Positions 26,520 through 38,700 of a stretch of DNA of 64,000 bases are shown piece after piece. The position numbers and the translations under genes were made by a program. Positions within the stretch are counted from its first letter, which is position 1. Each line of letters begins with the position of its first letter. The notes under the pieces are model-generated. The model was given only the letters and a program-made list of their open reading frames with translations, searched no databases and was not told the DNA's origin. The stretch comes from Hydrolagus colliei. Its lineage: Eukaryota. The stretch covers positions 1,612,001 through 1,676,000 of the forward strand of contig CM068756.1 in NCBI GenBank assembly GCA_035084275.1, read 5' to 3'.

Positions 26520-26690
26520 TTTCAGCATGAAGTCTGGGCATCTAAACTCATCTGATTTGGCAATGCAGCTGAGAATCCTGTTTGCCTTGCTAAATTAAAT
26601 GAGTTTCTGCAGTTCCCAGTGGAGCGGTGTCCACCGCATAAAAACCAAATTCAGCACGAAATTGGCAATCTCAGTCAGAGATGGGTGGAG
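26520..26690 (+). mobile_element. LF-SINE-like ancient SINE remnant
   Basis: aaatgagtt...cagttcccagtggagcggtgtccaccgcataaaaacca...aattggcaatctcag resembles the recalled LF-SINE core. Confidence 0.5.
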
Positions 26691-27573
26691 TGGGAAATGA
26701 AAACACTACACTAGTACAATGGTTGGGGGTGTGGGGGGGGAGATTATTCCCTGCAACTATCACTATCTCATGTTTAAAAAGAACAATGTTCTGTTCTCCA
26801 GCATTCTCACCTCTCATCTCGATCAGCACAAAATGCAGCGCTAAAGGAAAAAGTGAAGAAAAAGAGTTTGGAAATAAACTCTTTGAAAATAAAAGGGACA
26901 AAATGAGAATGGACCAGCCAATAAAATGCATCTTAAATGCATTCTATCATCTTCCCTAATTCAATCAATTCTCCTCCGGTCTCCGAGGGATACATGTGAA
27001 CCTCAGAAATTCCTACTCTTCTTGGTTCCAAATGATTCTTTCAAAGCTGGTTAACAAGAAAAGCGAGAGAATCCTCAGAGATCATTTCATTTCCAGATGA
27101 CTGGAATATCAAGTCATCGATAGTGGACTATCCTTGAATGCTCATCTTACTTCTGCAAGGCTTCAAAATACTGTGGCCTCTGTCCAAGGCACAATCAACC
27201 CCTGTCTAACAACTCATGAATACGGCCTCGTTTATTGCTCTTTATGTTTTCAGGAACACAACTCGTTAAAAAAGCACCAATTGCCTTCTCGGTAGCCTTC
27301 AGTGGGCAGCTATTTTCTTAATGATATTTTCAACTGGTTCCCAGGTCAATTCCGCAATCTTAAGCAGTTTAAATGCCTGAATCACAATTTCCAGCATTTT
27401 ATGTTCAAATGATTGAGGTTTACTATTATTCTCCACATTTTTCTCAGATTTTCTTCTATATGTAGGTCTTCTTGGTGGAAGTTTTGTTCCACAGATTCTA
27501 AATGCTTCCAGTTTACTCCCCAAGTAATAACCAGTATCAACATGAGAACCCAGACAATGAGCGTCACAATCTA

Positions 27574-27822
27574 CAGAAATCGCTGGGAACACTCAGCAGA
27601 TCAGGCAGCATCTATGGAGAAAGGAAAGTGAGTCAATGTTTTGGGTCCAAGACCCTTCATCAGAACTCATCTTCTGGCTGAATCTTCTGACGATGGGTCG
27701 TGGACCCGAAACATTGACTCACTTCCCTTACTCCATAGATGCTGCCTCATCTGCTGAGTGTTCCCAGCGATTTCTGGTTTTGGTTCAGACTTCCAGCATC
27801 TGGAGTATTATTTGTTTTGTTT
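27574..27822. mobile_element. Penelope-like element terminal hairpin (inverted pLTR remnants)
   Basis: Arms 27574-27665 and 27685-27776 (92 bp, 7 mismatches, 19-nt spacer) followed by the tail ttcagacttccagcatctggagtatt. Resembles a recalled shark repeat family. Confidence 0.75.
27685..27720 (+). ncRNA. Minimal hammerhead ribozyme core motif (probably degenerate)
   Basis: CTGACGA-T-GGGTC-gtg-GACCC-GAAAC-ATTG: catalytic core boxes flanking a 5-bp stem II. No stem I identified. Confidence 0.55.
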
Positions 27823-29507
27823 AGTGTGACAATCTAGCTGTGCTGATGGGCTGTTTAACAAATCGGTGGGGTGGAGTTTCACAATGAAGCCTAATCCTCT
27901 CTTAACCTGTTGTCCACAAACCTTCCTCCAGAGGGTCAGTGGATCGAATTGGTGGAAGGCCAAGGTCAGTTGCTGCTCCACTACCAATGTTCAGTTTGGG
28001 CTTGGCACAGGTGTGGATTTGAACCTGTGGCCTTCTGCTCTGCATTGAAAGTGTGAATCTGAACAATGCCACACACTGACATAACATGCTGGTGTGGTGA
28101 GGTTGTTTTTCTCAGATTGAACTCTATGAATCTACGGTGTAATATATTCTTAAAGAATATTCTCTCAATTCAGAATTACGTGCCAAATGTCTCCCTATTG
28201 CCACATTGTCCACTAACCCCGAACTTCCTATACGTTGTCTGGGAAACAATTCCGATTGCTGGGAATTCTTTGTTGATATGTCGGAAAGGGGAAAGGTTTT
28301 GAGTGTGATATTTAATTTTCTGCAAATAGGATTTGATTCACACATTGGAATAATGCCAAGTGTGTTTCTTTTTGTTTAAAAAGACAACATCATATTTCTG
28401 TAGAAGGTGAATTCCTATTACATGGGCCTCGGGCATATAATAATGGTGGAAAGAAGCTAATGAGCGGAGCATATTAAACATTTAAAATATATTCTGTAAA
28501 TATATTAATTTCCAACAAAGTTGCTGTGTGGTCCACAGAAGAGAGGTGTTAATTGTTTTGGAATTAGATCTTATTATTTCACATTTTACTAGTGCATTCT
28601 CGTTTGCAGCATTCTCTGTGTGTTTTGTAAATGTTGAGGCCTGACACCTGTCAAACAGTCCAGCAGTAAATCAGACGTGTCAGTTCCGATGTGTTTGTGG
28701 CGAGGTGCGAATTAGATACAGTCTCTCGCTGTTGTTCTCGGAGACCTCCTCACTCCATTATCACACAATCTAACAATATCCTTAGGCTTCAGAGAGAAAA
28801 AAAAACCGGGACTATTGGAAATTTATAACGAAAGAAAAAGAAGCAAAACTACAGCAATTAAACTGCTCCGTATATAAAAAAAATTACGAACATGGCAAAT
28901 GAGAAATCACAAACAGGTAACAGCAGGCATCAGCACACACTTTCCAAACTACCTATTAAGAGCTGTAAAATAGCCATTAAATGGTTCTATGCAAGAGAGC
29001 ATAGTTTGCATATTTTGAGGGGGTAGGATGGGAAATAATGCTTATTCCTTCAATGTTATTTAATATTTTGTATGTTGGCTGATAAATATTAATAATATTA
29101 GCTTGCAAAGGAAGGTAACTTTATTGGCTAAATTAGAAAAGCAATTTGTTAGCACGGCTATTGAGATTTGGGACAAGCACATGGCTTTGGCTTTGACAGG
29201 CCCCTTTCAAGGAATTTTACTGCCTGCGATTTCCTTTTGGTACGACCATTCCTTGCTCATTTTCACATACTGAGAAGTGTATAAAATGGTGTGAAAACAT
29301 TAAACAGCATGATCATTTATTGTATAAAAAGGAGCACTTTGAAGGACATTCAAGCCAGGGGGTAGAATGAATGACTCAGAGGCCTGTCACATTGAAATCC
29401 TTTGTGCATCCCAGTAAAACAGAGACTCTGATGATCCCATGTAATTGAAGAGCAGATATACATACATACATACACTGCTCTATTTAAATCAGACTCCTTC
29501 ACAAGAT

Positions 29508-30689
29508 CCCAGGTAGCAAGCCCATATGGGTCCCATATGGGCCAAAATATGGGTCCCATATGGGCCCCACAGGATTCTGCACCCAAGATTCATATGGGAC
29601 CTATATGGGCCAGCCCAGATAACCCATAAGGGTTAGATCTGGGGCCCATCTGGGCAAATCTGGGTAAAATATGGGCGAAATATGGGCTATCCCATATGGG
29701 CATTGCATGGGGTTCACCTGGGGCCCATGTGTGCCAGCAGTATATGGGCAGAATATGGGCCTTTCCATATGGGCATTATATGGGGTTCATCTATGAAATT
29801 GAAAAAAAATCACCATATATTGCTAATGTGATGCTGACTAACATCCTACTCACATGGGAACACATGAGAAATCTCAATAAAATGCTATGGTTTACAGTGA
29901 TTTAAGAATCTTAAGATCCGTTATTCTTGCATTTTGTGGCTTATATGGCAACTGTGATTGGATGATAAGCGTAATCAACTTTTTGACCATATACCATTTA
30001 TACCTTTTCTAGTAACCCAAAACTGGAATTTAACCAACAATTTGATTGTATAAAACTCGCAAGAATGAAAGATAGAAACCCATAGAATAATGTGTATGTT
30101 TTTAATAGCAGAGGTAATGTTTTGGATGTGTTGTGCTGTTTGTGTTCAAATGGGCTGAGAACTTCCTCCCTTGCCAAAATGTACACTGTGCATGGGCAAA
30201 TTACACCTTTTAAATTATGTCATGTACTCTCACAAAAAGATACTTGCTTAACAATAGATCTCTCCTGCCTTTACTCTGACATGAATGGATCCAACTGCAG
30301 GGTTTCCGCCCAAAAGGTGCAGGGACCAGGAGCCCCGCCCACCCACTGACATCATCAGACATTGCCATGGCCACCACAGTTTGACTGACTGACTGGTCCC
30401 AGTTCTCACACACACCCTGTGACCTCCACCAAACTCTATGCTGCAAATTGAATCAAGTGAATTGAGTGTTGAAAGCCTTCCATATCTTCTGCCCATATGA
30501 AATCCATATGGGCCACTCCTTACGTGGGCTTGCCCAGGCTTTTCCCATATGATTCCCGTATGGGCCAGCCCATATTCTGCCCACATGGGCTTGCCCAGGT
30601 TTTCCCCATATGATACCCATATGGGGAAGCCCAAGTAGATCCCCATGTGGACTAACCCATATGGGCCCCACATGGGCTTGCTACCTGGG
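29508..30689. mobile_element. Non-autonomous DNA transposon, EnSpm/CACTA(CMC)-like
   Basis: TIR CCCAGGTAGCAAGCCCATRTGGGKCCCATATGGG (32/34 identical), 2-bp AT duplication at 29506-29507 and 30690-30691, subterminal CCCATATGGG arrays, AT-rich non-coding middle. The superfamily call is less certain than the element itself. Confidence 0.9.
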
Positions 30690-31929
30690 ATGGCTTTATT
30701 AGTTTTATGCCTTTAACAGATGCGGTTTTGCTGGTAAACTGCATCAAGATCAATTGCAGTCGCATAGCAAATCTTGGCAGATTGCAGCTAATTGCTTCAA
30801 AACGTAGCTCTAATTTATTGTAGAGTAAGAATGAAATACAGGCTGTGATTAAATGGTGGCTTTATTACTGGTCGAGTCACAGTCACAACCTGAACCCCAT
30901 ATGTGTGTAGAACACCTTGACTTGACTTCCAGGGTTGGGCGCACACCATGATTCGCTGTTCTATATTGTTTGTTGCAGAGTTTAAGCATACCACTGGTCA
31001 CAGCTGAAACCTCAAGCTAATTGTCACAACACATGTAAAGGTATACAGGGTTACCTGGTAGATACTGGGGTGAAAATTGCAACTTCTAAAGTGTTAATTA
31101 ATGCTCGTGATAATTATCACAGTGTTGAAAAAATGTGGCCAAACAAGTCAGCTGATAACTGAAGCCAGTGACAAGCTCACGGGTGTGAATCTCCCCATGA
31201 CGAGGTCAGAAAGGTTGGAATCAATCCTGGCCTACAGTAACCATTGGATCCATTTCATATTTACTAATAATAATTTATTATTTCATATTTAATATTATAT
31301 CAATCATTGCATTTGATAATTCATGAAGACCATGACTATGGATCTCTCACTCTTAAAGTAGAAATAACAAAGTAGTCGTTGACCATTCACCAAACCAGAG
31401 GAACATATGTGCCACACTGAAACAATATGAAAATCAACCTCTTATCTCGCTCTACATTTTCTCAATTCCCCTTCCCGTCGACATTGCTCTCTCACTTCCA
31501 CGTAGCCTCCTTCACCTGGGAGTGGAGGTGAACAGGCCGAGGGCTGCTTGGGAGAGCGAACGAGCACTTTACTTTCTCTTCTGTGACTTTTGACACCAAC
31601 AGCTCAGCTCGGTGGAAGAGTTTTGTTAAAAGCAACAAAGCTATGGTACTATGCTGTGGTACTATGAGCTTGGACACAAATCACCTGGGCCAAAAGCTCC
31701 AAAGTACTCACCTCAAATCTGACTGTCAGAATTCAATTGCAGTTAGCGTTGAACTGCAAGCCATGACAACATAGCCTTGAAGCAGGCATCTTAACCATTG
31801 TGCTACTGAACTGCCATTGAGTTGAGCTTCTATAAAACAAGAACTATGGAAACTGGGAATCAATCCATAGTTTTAAAGAGGTACTCTGCTTCCTGGCATC
31901 ACATTATTGCAAGGCCCTGCGACTCAAAC

Positions 31930-32600
31930 GGAAGAGTCAAGCGATAAATGTTTACCAAATAACAATAAATATTAATATATATTACCATCAAAGGCCATAA
32001 AAATCTACAACTAAACGTTTGGGCAGCGGAAAGCGATTTATTGACATTTTCTGAGTCGTTCTTAAAAATAAAAGAAGCCCATCATTATCAATATCGATTA
32101 ATGCCAAAGCAGCATTGATTTCAGCTTTTCTGATCAATTTTTAGGTTTATCATTTTAAACGTTAAAGGAAAAAAAAATCAGTATTAAGTTTGAGATGAAA
32201 GTTTATCACTGGCCTTTTCCATCAAGCTCCTGCCTGGCTGGCGTCCTCCTCTTTTGTGCCATTAACAGATGTCCCGTTTGCACCTTGTGAAGGAAATTGG
32301 CTTCATGACAGACTATGAGGGTAATTGCAGTTGGAAATGCATTACAGTTGAATAGACATGCCTGCCCTGAAGCATTTGTTTCACCCTGAAATTGTTTCAG
32401 GGGAAGAGATGTGAAGCACTGCTTTGCTCAGCATGGCTGCCATAGTCTTCTGACAGCCGAGATACAGATAATTGTTGCATGATACATGAGAGCAGGGTGA
32501 TGTCTTTGTGATTCAACCGACAGATTAATGAAAGAAATATGCACGGATCCGCTCTGTGACAGTAGCGGCTAATAAAAACTCACCTTAATGAGAATATAAA
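31930..32600. promoter_or_regulatory. Candidate conserved non-coding element cluster
   Basis: Repeat-free block with TGTTTAC, AACAAT, CCATAAA, ATCGAT and TAATTG motifs. Conservation not tested. Confidence 0.3.
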
Positions 32601-32792
32601 AGAAAACAAGCCACAAAGAAAATGAATTCTAGATTACTGATGCAGTCAACATTTCATAACTCCCAAGATGAGATTTCAGAAATAGGATGTAAGTGTTTAA
32701 TAAATCAGCTAACACTTTATTAACATCTTAATCTTAGCATAGGATCCTACAAGGCATCAATAAAATACAAAGGATTCGGAATATAGAGCTGT

Positions 32793-32837
32793 ACACACAC
32801 GCACATACACACACACACACAATCGCACACACACACA
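32793..32837. repeat. (CA)n imperfect microsatellite
   Basis: Direct reading. Confidence 0.85.
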
Positions 32838-33566
32838 AAAAAAGTTTAATGAATTGAGATATTTTTAACATTAGGGAGATAAAAGCCATCCACTGAAAAT
32901 TGTTACGATAATTTTTTGATGTAGAACAAAAATCCCAGAGCCTGTGAATTTGTTTATGTGAGGGGCTGTTGTGCTTTGATGCACAACTTAACTGAAATCA
33001 TAACAAATAAAAACTAGGCATTTAAGTACAGCAGAACAAAGAAAGCAATGAATTGGTTCCAAATATAGAGGTACAGATGGTGTGGTTAATAGTGACTCTG
33101 ACTTTTACTTCTGCACAGTTATTTATCATTGCTGTGGATTCCATTGCCTATGGCCTTGCTGTGCATCAATACCACACACCTGACTGCATTGTATTGGATG
33201 GATGTAAAGGTGCACAAGTAATACTTAACACTTGTTTCCAAAGCTGCAGAACTGGAGTGAAGGGAGTGGGGAGTTTGCATGGCGCAATGGGCCAAATGGC
33301 TTCCTTTCGCAATGAAATACAATGAAATTTCAATGATTCTGTGCAGCAATCTTTCCAAGTCAGCTGATGTTGATGTGCGGTGTGTCTCTCTGACTTTTAC
33401 AGTTTCACTGCTCCCCTCACAGCAAACTCCTTAACCAGCCACACAGCCGGGGAGGTAATCCAATGCAGAACCAGAGCCAGAAACAGTTAGAATGATAACC
33501 AGAAAAATTTAGATGCAAAATTATGGGGTTGGGATTTGAACACTGACTAACTACAGCTACTTTGCC

Positions 33567-33815
33567 AATAATAATAATAATTTAATAATAATAATCATAA
33601 TCCTTGCATTTGATATAGCACCTTATCGTGTCTTTGAGATGTTTCAAAGTGCTTCACAGAATATAATGTAAAGTGAATTGACAGCATATTTTGTGGGCAA
33701 AATGCAGACAGTCAATTGCGTGCAGCAGTGATCCCAACAGTCGTGGATTGAGTGGCCGAATTATTCATTTATAAATATATATTTTAGGGAGATTATTAAC
33801 CTGGGAAAAGCAATC
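33567..33815 (-). mobile_element. tRNA/Deu SINE, 3' two-thirds with (AAT)n tail
   Basis: (aat)n ccttgcatttgatatagcaccttatc...tattttgtgggcaaa...caattgcgtgcagcagtg. Confidence 0.85.
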
Positions 33816-34514
33816 ATTTCATTGAAAGCCGTACAAGGGTGAAAACTCCTACAGATATATAAGCATTCCAACCAGCAACTGCGTGCGGCCTTTCAATTGA
33901 TCATCAGAAACCTGCAGAGCAGAAGAACGGGAGACAGCTTCTGCTCCAGCAGGTGAAGAAGAGCAACTTCCAGTTCCGTAAAGTCAACGTTTTTTTTCTT
34001 GCTAATTTTCCGTGAGGGTTGCTGACTCGATAAAAATTTAAAGGAAGGATTTTACCGCGATAGTGCAGCGAGGTAGTTCAGCTGCATTCTTTACCTGCCA
34101 CTACACACTCTCATATGGGACCAATTAGTTGCCATATATACAAAGTCTACTGTTAATCACTTAGCTTGGGGATTCACTTTACAGAGAGCGCAGTATTAAA
34201 AGAATGAAGTTCTTACAAATTCAGCAGCAAAGTGATTAAACAACACACACAGGTGGCGTCACCTCTTGCCTTCCCGCTTTGAGAAATAAGTGTTGGTTTA
34301 ATTGTTGCAATCTGTAACTGGCAATTTCTGCATCGTAATGAAGATTGAGCAGTGCCTTTTGGTTGCGTCTTTGCAAAATATATATGAAAAAATTATCATT
34401 CCCCTCTCTTTAACGCCACAATCTATCCTCCACTCGAGCGGGTGAGTGGATTATCAGCCTCTTCTTTTTCATCGTCACTCTCGAGCTATGTTCTCACCCA
34501 TCCCCGAGAGTAGC

Positions 34515-34748
34515 CATAGAATCACATTGTAGAATTCCTTCAGCACAGAAGCAGGCCTTTCGGCCCATTGCGCCCGGGCTGGTTCTCTGCAGGAGCTCTC
34601 CATTCAGTTCCACTCCCCACCCCTTAATGTTTTTCTGTTTCAGACATTTGTCTAATTCCCTTTCGAAAACTAGTATGGATTTTGCTTCAACCATGGTGTT
34701 TTAGTCAGGTGTTTCAAGTCCTAACAACCCTCTGTGTGGATAAACATA
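34515..34748 (-). mobile_element. CR1 LINE 3' end with ORF2 C-terminus
   Basis: ORF 34494-34694 MVEAKSILVFERELDKCLKQKNIKGWG matches the CR1 ORF2 terminal motif, followed by the CR1 3' UTR and an attctatg tail. Confidence 0.8.
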
Positions 34749-34778
34749 TCCTCTGTCCTCTGAGTTGTCAGGTTACAA

Positions 34779-35010
34779 GCGTTAGCCTGGGTCAATTGGT
34801 AGCACTTCGGTTTCTTGGCCTGAAAGTTACAGGTTCAAGCCTTACATCAGGACTTGAGCATTGCTGGGAGGTAGCACTGAGTTATCAGACTTGCTGTCTT
34901 TCAGATAAGATGATAAACTGAGATCCCGATTGCCTGTTCAGATAAAGATCCCATAGCTGGATTTGAAAAGAGAAAGGGAATTTGTATTGGGGACCTGACC
35001 ATAAGTCCTC
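34779..35010 (+). mobile_element. Deu-domain SINE, 5' part
   Basis: gttagcctgggtcaattggtagcact...caggttcaagcc head, then aaagatcccatagct...gaaaagagaaaggga core. Confidence 0.75.
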
Positions 35011-36631
35011 TTGATTAATCTTTAACATCCTGACCCTTTTTTAGGACCTGTCCTGAGAAATCGCTGTTTTGTTTGCCTGCAACAACAGTCACTTCATTAG
35101 ATAATAATTCCCAGCACTCAAACGAATGTGCACTTGCAATCCTACACATTTTTTGCAGTGCCTCAATTGTGTTCAAATGTGTCAAAGAGCTTTACTTATT
35201 GTCAAGTGTAGTGAATGTTTTTGTGGGAAGGTGATTGTGGGCAAAACTAAGTCCCAACTGATAAGTCATGATCAATTCATCTGGAGGATCGTTTGACCAG
35301 GAACATAACAAATGGCCTCCAATTCCTTGCCACAGACGAAAGCTAAATAAGGGTGTTATGAGGGAAAATACCCGGGTACACAAAGACAGGGTAACACTTG
35401 TGGACTGGAGAGAAACAAAAGACTCGTTTACTTACTGTTGTGGAGACAAGGTAACAGAGGTCCACAAATATAAGCCTCAGTGTAGACTGAGTTGTGCCAG
35501 TGCGGGTTGTTGTGCAGAGATAAAGGGCTGAGTGGTGCTCATCGGAACACACTGCTACAGCGATAAAAATGCACAGTAATCTCCACAAAAGGCGAATGCA
35601 TTGCCAGCATGCACTTGTTATTCATTTTAAGTATGAACGGCACCTCCTGCTTCAATGAGAGCAGGTTTAATAAGCGCCGACACATCACTGGTAGAAGCAC
35701 CAGATGGAAAGTTTCCAGTAATCCCTACCTTTCAACCATATTCTGGGACATGCAGCGTAACGTAAGTAAAAAAAACTAAAACGCATACAAGCATATGCAC
35801 GTGCCTTAGCAAGGGTTATTCTTGCAGATGGGTATTAAACAGGAGTGAATGTCTGGCGACTGCTGTGATCAGCTCGTGATTTAATGTCTTTGTTATACCT
35901 CCATGGCAACTTCATTTGTGTTTCAATAAATTTCAGGCTAAAGTATTATTTTCACAATTTTTTCTAAAAAAAACTTAAAGTACATTATTGCATTATTGCC
36001 TTGTGCTACTTGTTTATGTCATAAACGGCTTTCTATGTCACACGGAACACTGGCACAAGCTTTCATGGAATTAAATGTAAATTTTTTATGATACAAATGG
36101 TCTTTATGCTCCATAGAACTGTCATAATGGGAACTGTCATTAAAGGAGCATTTTAACCTGGCTCTATACAAAATAACTCTCGTCTGAAATCAAATAAATG
36201 CCATTTCTTAATTACTGCCCTTCCAGAGCTCCCTAAAAGAAAAACAGCGTTCATTTATTTTTAGATTTTTTTTCTTGAAGGGTGGGGGAAGGGAGAGAGT
36301 AGAGTGGGAGTTGGGGACGTAGGGGGTGGGTGGGTGGGGGGTGGGGGGGTGGGGAGGCAGATATCAGCGCTCTGAGCCACTAAAGCATAAATTCTTTATG
36401 ATCTGCCACTTTCTGATCAAATGAAGTAATATTCCCTTAACCATCAAAATGGAGAGTTGCTCCAATGCATGACCTTTGGCCTCTTTAATGTTATCTTGAT
36501 ATTGCAATCTTTAGTACTTTGATATTGTCCTGCACTCTCAAAGGCTATCCTGCAATTGCTCCCACTGTTTCACCCAGAATTGCAGTGGCTTCTTGCATAG
36601 AAGATGAAATGGATGTAGAGGACTCACATGT

Positions 36632-36990
36632 GGAGTCCTGTTGTGTACTGGTTAGAGGACTCGCCTCGCAAGCACGAGGACTTGGATTCGATTCTCAGGC
36701 AGAACAAAAACCTAACACAAGTTCCCCTGCTCCACATGCCTATTTATCTAGCAGTAAGTAGGAAACCGTTTGTTAATCGATTGGCAGATCGCTTTTCTGA
36801 GGGTAATACTCGCTTCAAAAATAACAATAATGATAATAATTTGTTCACTCAATTCACGACTGTGCCATGCTTAATTGACTGCCTCATTTCACCTAGAAAA
36901 CACAGAATCAGTTCACTTAACAGTATATTCTGTGAAGCACTTTAAGACGTGATAAGGTGCAATATCAAATGCAAGGTTATTATTATTATG
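36632..36990 (+). mobile_element. Full-length tRNA-headed SINE (SINE2 type, Deu 3' part)
   Basis: A-box-like tgtactggttagag, B-box-like ggattcgattct, internal gattggcagatcgctttt, tail atcaaatgcaaggttattattatt. Confidence 0.85.
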
Positions 36991-37139
36991 CTATTTATAT
37001 AGTATGCACCATAGACTGTAAGGAACTAGCAGCTTACATCACCTCTGCCACTGTTCCTGTTCTTTCCTCACTTCATTTTGTTTTACACACACACGCTTGC
37101 TTTGTCCATTTTGCAGTGTGCCACAGATCCTCCGTTGAA

Positions 37140-37280
37140 GGCTCCTTGGCCCACCGTGTCTGTGCCGGCTCTGTGAAAGAGCAATCCATTCAGTCCCGTT
37201 TCACCTGCCTTTTCACCATAACCCTGCAAATCACTCCTGCAAATTTCAGATATCTATCTAGTTCCCTCTTGAAAGCTAAT
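37140..37280 (-). mobile_element. CR1 LINE 3' end
   Basis: ttggcccaccgtgtctgtgccggctctgtgaaagagcaatcc...ccataaccctgc...tctagttccctcttgaaagc. Confidence 0.75.
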
Positions 37281-37999
37281 ATCCTCCACACTGTCCTCAG
37301 TTAGGAAGACAGGATAGTGAGTCTTGAAGATTTATTATGGCTGCCACCAATGCCACTCATCTGTTGAACTGGCAGGCACTGCACTTAATCAGCATGTGAA
37401 GAAGGGAGCCATACCAACAGTTTATCTACCCTCTCAAAGGCAAGTTGATTCAAGGGCACTTATATTTCCTCTTTGGGAATGTCCGTGGTCAAATGTCAAT
37501 TAGGACTGAGATTCAAATTGTGGTGCAAAGCCCTGGCATAATAATTAGCATTATCCTTTATAGTTTTATAGTGTGTAGAATATTGGTTTTAAAACATGTC
37601 TGAACAGTTTCACCTCACTTATTGTAATGAAAGTAGTTCCCCACTTGCTCTTGTAATGTCGGTTGTGGTAATCCACTGAGCAAATGAATATATCATGTCA
37701 ATCATGTGACTTGACTATCACTGCAATGACCCGGGTAAAGGTTTAAGAAGGTATTCAGATGGGAATTAAAACAAAGCTTTCACCTTGGTAAACGTTCAAA
37801 GCAAAAACCTTTGCTTGTGAAAGTTTCGATTACAACAATACTGAGTCATTCAAATTTTATTTATTTAATTTGATAGGAGCCTGTATCCCACTTGTGTGAA
37901 CTCATTTGAAAGTTCTCCATTTATTTATCATATATCTATACCTATTCACTGTGCAAAATGTTAAAAAAGGAATCAAATCGCAATAATAAAAGGGGAAAA

Positions 38000-38700
38000 A
38001 TTCTAATGTTATCGTTGGCGGCACAATTTTTTTAATGGCGGCTTCATTGGTTTGCATCTCAAAAGCAAACCATCTATTTTCTGTGTTAAGGATTGTTTAT
38101 TATGATTCCAGGCTGACACTGCTATCTTGCACATAAAGGTCATCAGCCCCTCAAAGAATGACTGACTTCGCTTGTTGCGAGCTGCCATTTTTGTGAGGGT
38201 TTCCACAGAGCTGCTGTGAAGACCAGCGACATTTAGAAATGCAGGGCGTGCTCATCATTTGCCGAGCTTGTGTGACGGCAGCTCTATTTAGCAATGATTG
38301 GCAAAATCAGTGCCTGACTGCGTAGCAGACATTTTCCCTGCAAATCCTGCTGAATGAGACAAGATGGTAGGCTTGCAAGGGAGACAGCAGTCGATAATGG
38401 GAAATGGTGAGAGAGACAGAGAGAAAGCGAGAGAGGGAGGGAGGGAGGTAAAAAAAACGAAAGAGTTGTTTGGTTTTATTCATGGGTGTAATAACGGCGT
38501 GGAATATGCTTACATTTTCCTTGAGGTAATACATCAACAAAATGACGGCCTTGTGGAAGGAAATCTGTGTTATGAGGCAGTTGAAAAATGGTTGTGTTGT
38601 AAGCCTGCAGCAATATATTTCTAAACTGGCAAAATATTTGCAACAGCGAAATGAAATTACCTTGCTTTAATTTAAGAAATAAATTATAGAAAGCTGAAGG
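38000..38700. promoter_or_regulatory. Candidate conserved non-coding element(s)
   Basis: Long repeat-free block with retained CpGs and TTTGCAT, AGGTCA, GATTGG motifs. Conservation not tested. Confidence 0.3.

Noticed and set aside
29508-29800. CRISPR-like array of short palindromic repeats
   Set aside because: Repeats are 10 bp, irregularly spaced, have no unique spacers or cas genes, and sit inside transposon termini in eukaryotic DNA.
30248-30673. 141-aa ORF rich in G/P/W/Y/M
   Set aside because: Arises from CCCATATGGG subterminal repeats; no transposase motifs.
36632-36710. tRNA genes (also 42520-42590 and 45935-46000)
   Set aside because: A/B-box-like motifs run straight into SINE bodies with no intact cloverleaf.
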